DNA of 64,000 nucleotides from Candidatus Latescibacterota bacterium (GTDB lineage Bacteria; Latescibacterota; UBA2968; UBA8231): NCBI GenBank assembly GCA_964291625.2, contig OZ220089.1, positions 3,072,001 to 3,136,000 of the forward strand, read 5' to 3'. Shown piece by piece: positions 61,274 to 64,000 of this stretch (position 1 is its first letter; each line of letters starts with the position of its first letter). The notes under the pieces were generated by a model. It saw only the letters and a program-made list of their open reading frames with translations, ran no database searches and was not told where the DNA came from. The position numbers and the translations under genes were made by a program.

Positions 61274-63970
61274 CTACTTGAGCAGCAGCAGCTTGCGCGT
61301 GTCGACCCGGGTCCTGGCCCGCAGCCTGTAGAGATACACGCCGCTGGCGAGCTCCCGCCCGAGGTCGTCGCGGCCGTCCCACGTGACCGAGTGCCTCCCC
61401 GGATCCAGGACCGTGCCCAGCAGACTGCGGGTTTTCTGTCCGGCGAGATTGTAGATCGCGAGCTCGGCATCGCCCCGCACGTGGACCGAGAACTCGATCA
61501 CGGTCTCCGGGTTGAAGGGGTTGGGATGGTTCTGCTCCAGCCGGAACTCGTGGGGCCGGGAGGCCGGCTGCGTCACGGCGGTGAGCGCCGTCAGCTCGGT
61601 CAACGCCTGCAGCACCTGGATCCGCGCCTCGTCCGCCAGCGTGCGGTCGATCCGGCTGAGCCAGTGGGTCTCCAAACCCGCGGCGTCCAGGACGCCGGCG
61701 GGCAGCTCCTCCAGCAGGCGCCGCGCCTCCTCCACCTCCGGCCCGGCCACCCCCTGCTCCGCCGCCTTGCGGATCTCCCCGTCCAGCATGGCGAAGTACT
61801 CGTAGTCCTCCACCCCTTCGCGCACCGCCTCGAGCTGCTTGCCGGCCGTCACCGAGCCCTCGTCGAGAAAGAGCGGCGCGTACGAGTCCTTCGAGGCCGG
61901 ATACTCGTTCCACGATGATCCCCCGCCCGTGTCGCCGAAGGACCAGAAGTGCATCCCCGTCGCACCGTAGCGCCAGCAGGTCCACGCCGTCAGGCGGCCG
62001 GCGTACGGATCGAAGAGGCGCGTCGCCCACGCCGAGTAGAACTCCAGGGCGATCCCCTGGTCGCGCTTTCTCGCGTAGTAGTCGCGGTAGTCCTGGCCCG
62101 CTTCCAGGAAGATCTGGCGGTGGGGGGACAGGACGTGGCAGGCGTCGATCATCGCCTCCTTCGCCTGGCTCATGTCGCGGTGGTTGGGGTTCTCCCAGAT
62201 GCGGACCCCCGTCTCCGCCTCGCGGATCGCCCGCGCCCACGCCAGGATGCGCTCGTCATGTCGCGGCTCCCGCGGCTCGTCCACGAGGAGCAGCGCCAGC
62301 TGCTCAGGCTCCAACCCCTTCGCCTGCATGTGTCCCGCCCAGAACGTCACCCACTCCCTCACCGCCGTCGCGAACTCCGGCGTGCCCATCTCCCACGAGA
62401 GGAAGTGGGTGCCCACCTTCGCGAAGACGAGGTACCGGGCCGCGCCCGGCCACAACTCGAGCCATGCATCGAAGTGGTCCGTGTCGGGAGGCGCCGTCAT
62501 CGCCCCCTGCGCATCGTGGGTGCCCCGCGGCAGCGCCCAAGGCAGTCCCCATGGCGAGTCGACGAGGCGCTCGCGCAGGTGCCGGATCAGCGCCGGCCGG
62601 TTCCGCTCCGTCACCAGGCGGTGATGGCCGACCTGGTCCGTGTAGTCCCAGCCACCCAGGTGAAGGGACTGCTCCTGGGGGAAGTCGAGGGGATAGAGGT
62701 GCATGCGCAACGGTAAGCGAGGGCCGCCGGACTCCACGACGACCTCGCCCTCGTACGCGCCCGGCGCCACGTCCACGGGATGGAAGGTGAGCCACACCTG
62801 GCGGGTCATGCCCGAGGGTACGGAGACCGCGTACCGTTCATTCTCGGCAGAGATCTCCGGCAGGGCCGCCGCCACCGGCACCCCGGTGCGCGTGTCCGTC
62901 CAGGCCACCTCGTGGACGGTCACGTACGCCGGGTTGTCGCCCCCGGGCAGGCCGCTCAGCCGGAAGGGGACCTGCACCGGCTCGTCGCTGCTGTTGCTCA
63001 CGTTGAAGGCGGCGGCGCGGTATTCCCCGCGCATCAGGTGGACCTCGACGGCCGGTTCCGCCGTCGTGTCCGGGTTGCCGATGAGGGGCAGGGGATCCCA
63101 CAGGTTCGAGCGCCAGAAGGTGAGCGGCTCCAGCCCCCGGGCGCGCCAGAGCCGCGCCTGGGCGCGCAGCACGCGCTCGTGCCACGGATTGAGGGGCAGC
63201 ACCGCCCGGAAGTCGTCCCCGAAGGCCGCGCCGGCCTGGGCCAGCTCCTCCTCCACGGCTGCCAGCCCGTCAAGCACCTCGCCCCGCGTCTGCGCCGGGA
63301 CCCCCTCTTCCTCGGCCGCCCTCCTCAGGGCCTGCATGTCCCGCGAGAGGCGGGTCCGGATCCCCGCCTGGATGGCGAGCCGGCCCGCGTACGCCCTGAG
63401 GTCCGCGATCCCCGGCCCCGGCAGCGGCTCGTCGACCCACTCGGGGTCGCCCGCGTAGACCTCGATCTCGTCGACGAAGGTGAAGGGCTCGTTCCACACG
63501 ACCAAGCTCACATGGCGGCCGTGGGTGCGCAGCTCATCCGTCCAGTAGCGGTGCGTCCCGTACCCCGAGGCGGAAGGGGAGCCGTGTTCCGCGCCCAGCT
63601 CCACCAGGTCCCCGATCTCGTGGAAGAGCCCGTCCTCGCCGGCCGTGAAGATCCCGATCGCCAGGGGCCACCTCACGTCCGCCGATCCCCCCGCCGTGCT
63701 GAAGGAGACCCCCCGTATGGGCCTCACCGCGCCCAGGTCGATCGTCACGATGACGGGCTTCTTCTCCTGCCAGCCCACGGTCGACAGCTGGGTCCAGAAG
63801 TAGCCCTCCGTGTAGACACCGTCCGTCAGCTGCACGCCGTCGCCGTCGTCCGTGCTGTGCGCGTAGTTCGGCGCCGGGTCGAGGGTGTAGCTCGCCCCGA
63901 GGGCCACGTTCTGCTGGGCCCACGCGGGTCCCGCCACCAACCACGCCGCCGCTGCCAGGGCCCGGTTCAT
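61274..63970 (-). CDS. Secreted protein: discoidin-like N-terminus, GH123/DUF4091-like region, FlgD-Ig tail
   Basis: Signal peptide AWA-QQ; LTDG, IDLG; LEAVREGVEDYEY; LEQNHPNPFNP...ASGVYLYRL. Confidence 0.8.
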   Translation of the reverse strand: MNRALAAAAWLVAGPAWAQQNVALGASYTLDPAPNYAHSTDDGDGVQLTDGVYTEGYFWTQLSTVGWQEKKPVIVTIDLGAVRPIRGVSFSTAGGSADVRWPLAIGIFTAGEDGLFHEIGDLVELGAEHGSPSASGYGTHRYWTDELRTHGRHVSLVVWNEPFTFVDEIEVYAGDPEWVDEPLPGPGIADLRAYAGRLAIQAGIRTRLSRDMQALRRAAEEEGVPAQTRGEVLDGLAAVEEELAQAGAAFGDDFRAVLPLNPWHERVLRAQARLWRARGLEPLTFWRSNLWDPLPLIGNPDTTAEPAVEVHLMRGEYRAAAFNVSNSSDEPVQVPFRLSGLPGGDNPAYVTVHEVAWTDTRTGVPVAAALPEISAENERYAVSVPSGMTRQVWLTFHPVDVAPGAYEGEVVVESGGPRLPLRMHLYPLDFPQEQSLHLGGWDYTDQVGHHRLVTERNRPALIRHLRERLVDSPWGLPWALPRGTHDAQGAMTAPPDTDHFDAWLELWPGAARYLVFAKVGTHFLSWEMGTPEFATAVREWVTFWAGHMQAKGLEPEQLALLLVDEPREPRHDERILAWARAIREAETGVRIWENPNHRDMSQAKEAMIDACHVLSPHRQIFLEAGQDYRDYYARKRDQGIALEFYSAWATRLFDPYAGRLTAWTCWRYGATGMHFWSFGDTGGGSSWNEYPASKDSYAPLFLDEGSVTAGKQLEAVREGVEDYEYFAMLDGEIRKAAEQGVAGPEVEEARRLLEELPAGVLDAAGLETHWLSRIDRTLADEARIQVLQALTELTALTAVTQPASRPHEFRLEQNHPNPFNPETVIEFSVHVRGDAELAIYNLAGQKTRSLLGTVLDPGRHSVTWDGRDDLGRELASGVYLYRLRARTRVDTRKLLLLK

Positions 63971-64000
63971 GGCTCGCCGCCGGACCTCAGTCGATCTGGT

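Noticed and set aside
1-64000. CRISPR array, tRNA/rRNA genes, IS elements, integron attC array
   Set aside because: No regularly spaced short repeats with unique spacers, no recognisable structural RNA genes, no transposase or integrase motifs seen

Overview
GC-rich bacterial chromosomal window with no rRNA, tRNA, CRISPR array, integrase, transposase or reverse transcriptase. The gene repertoire (FlgD-Ig-tailed secreted proteins, a 'xWGxLK' C-terminal motif, FN3/cadherin giant protein, NHL, PhyH, BNR and Uma2 genes) suggests a host-associated Latescibacterota/Gemmatimonadota-like organism, possibly a sponge symbiont (inference only). Housekeeping-type catabolic genes are interrupted by several accessory blocks. 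(1) 48.3-59.9 kb: a candidate sterol-modification and transport locus with a tripartite RND system, a GPP34(GOLPH3)-cytochrome P450 fusion, a C24 sterol-methyltransferase homologue, a FAD oxidoreductase and a Neverland/KshA-like Rieske oxygenase. (2) 10.2-27.8 kb: a duplicated 'all-in-one kinase/regulator + divergent secreted adhesin' module whose two copies have degenerated reciprocally, followed by tandem beta-propeller paralogues and internally deleted 'stub' genes. (3) 8.4-9.3 kb: a low-GC NYN RNase preceded by promoter, a two-hairpin small RNA and a terminator (type III toxin-antitoxin-like layout). (4) A VOC gene flanked by a perfect 21-bp direct repeat, and a vapBC/Uma2 block. Several single-base frameshifts in short homopolymers may be sequencing errors. 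Family calls come from motif recognition by eye; no database searches were run.
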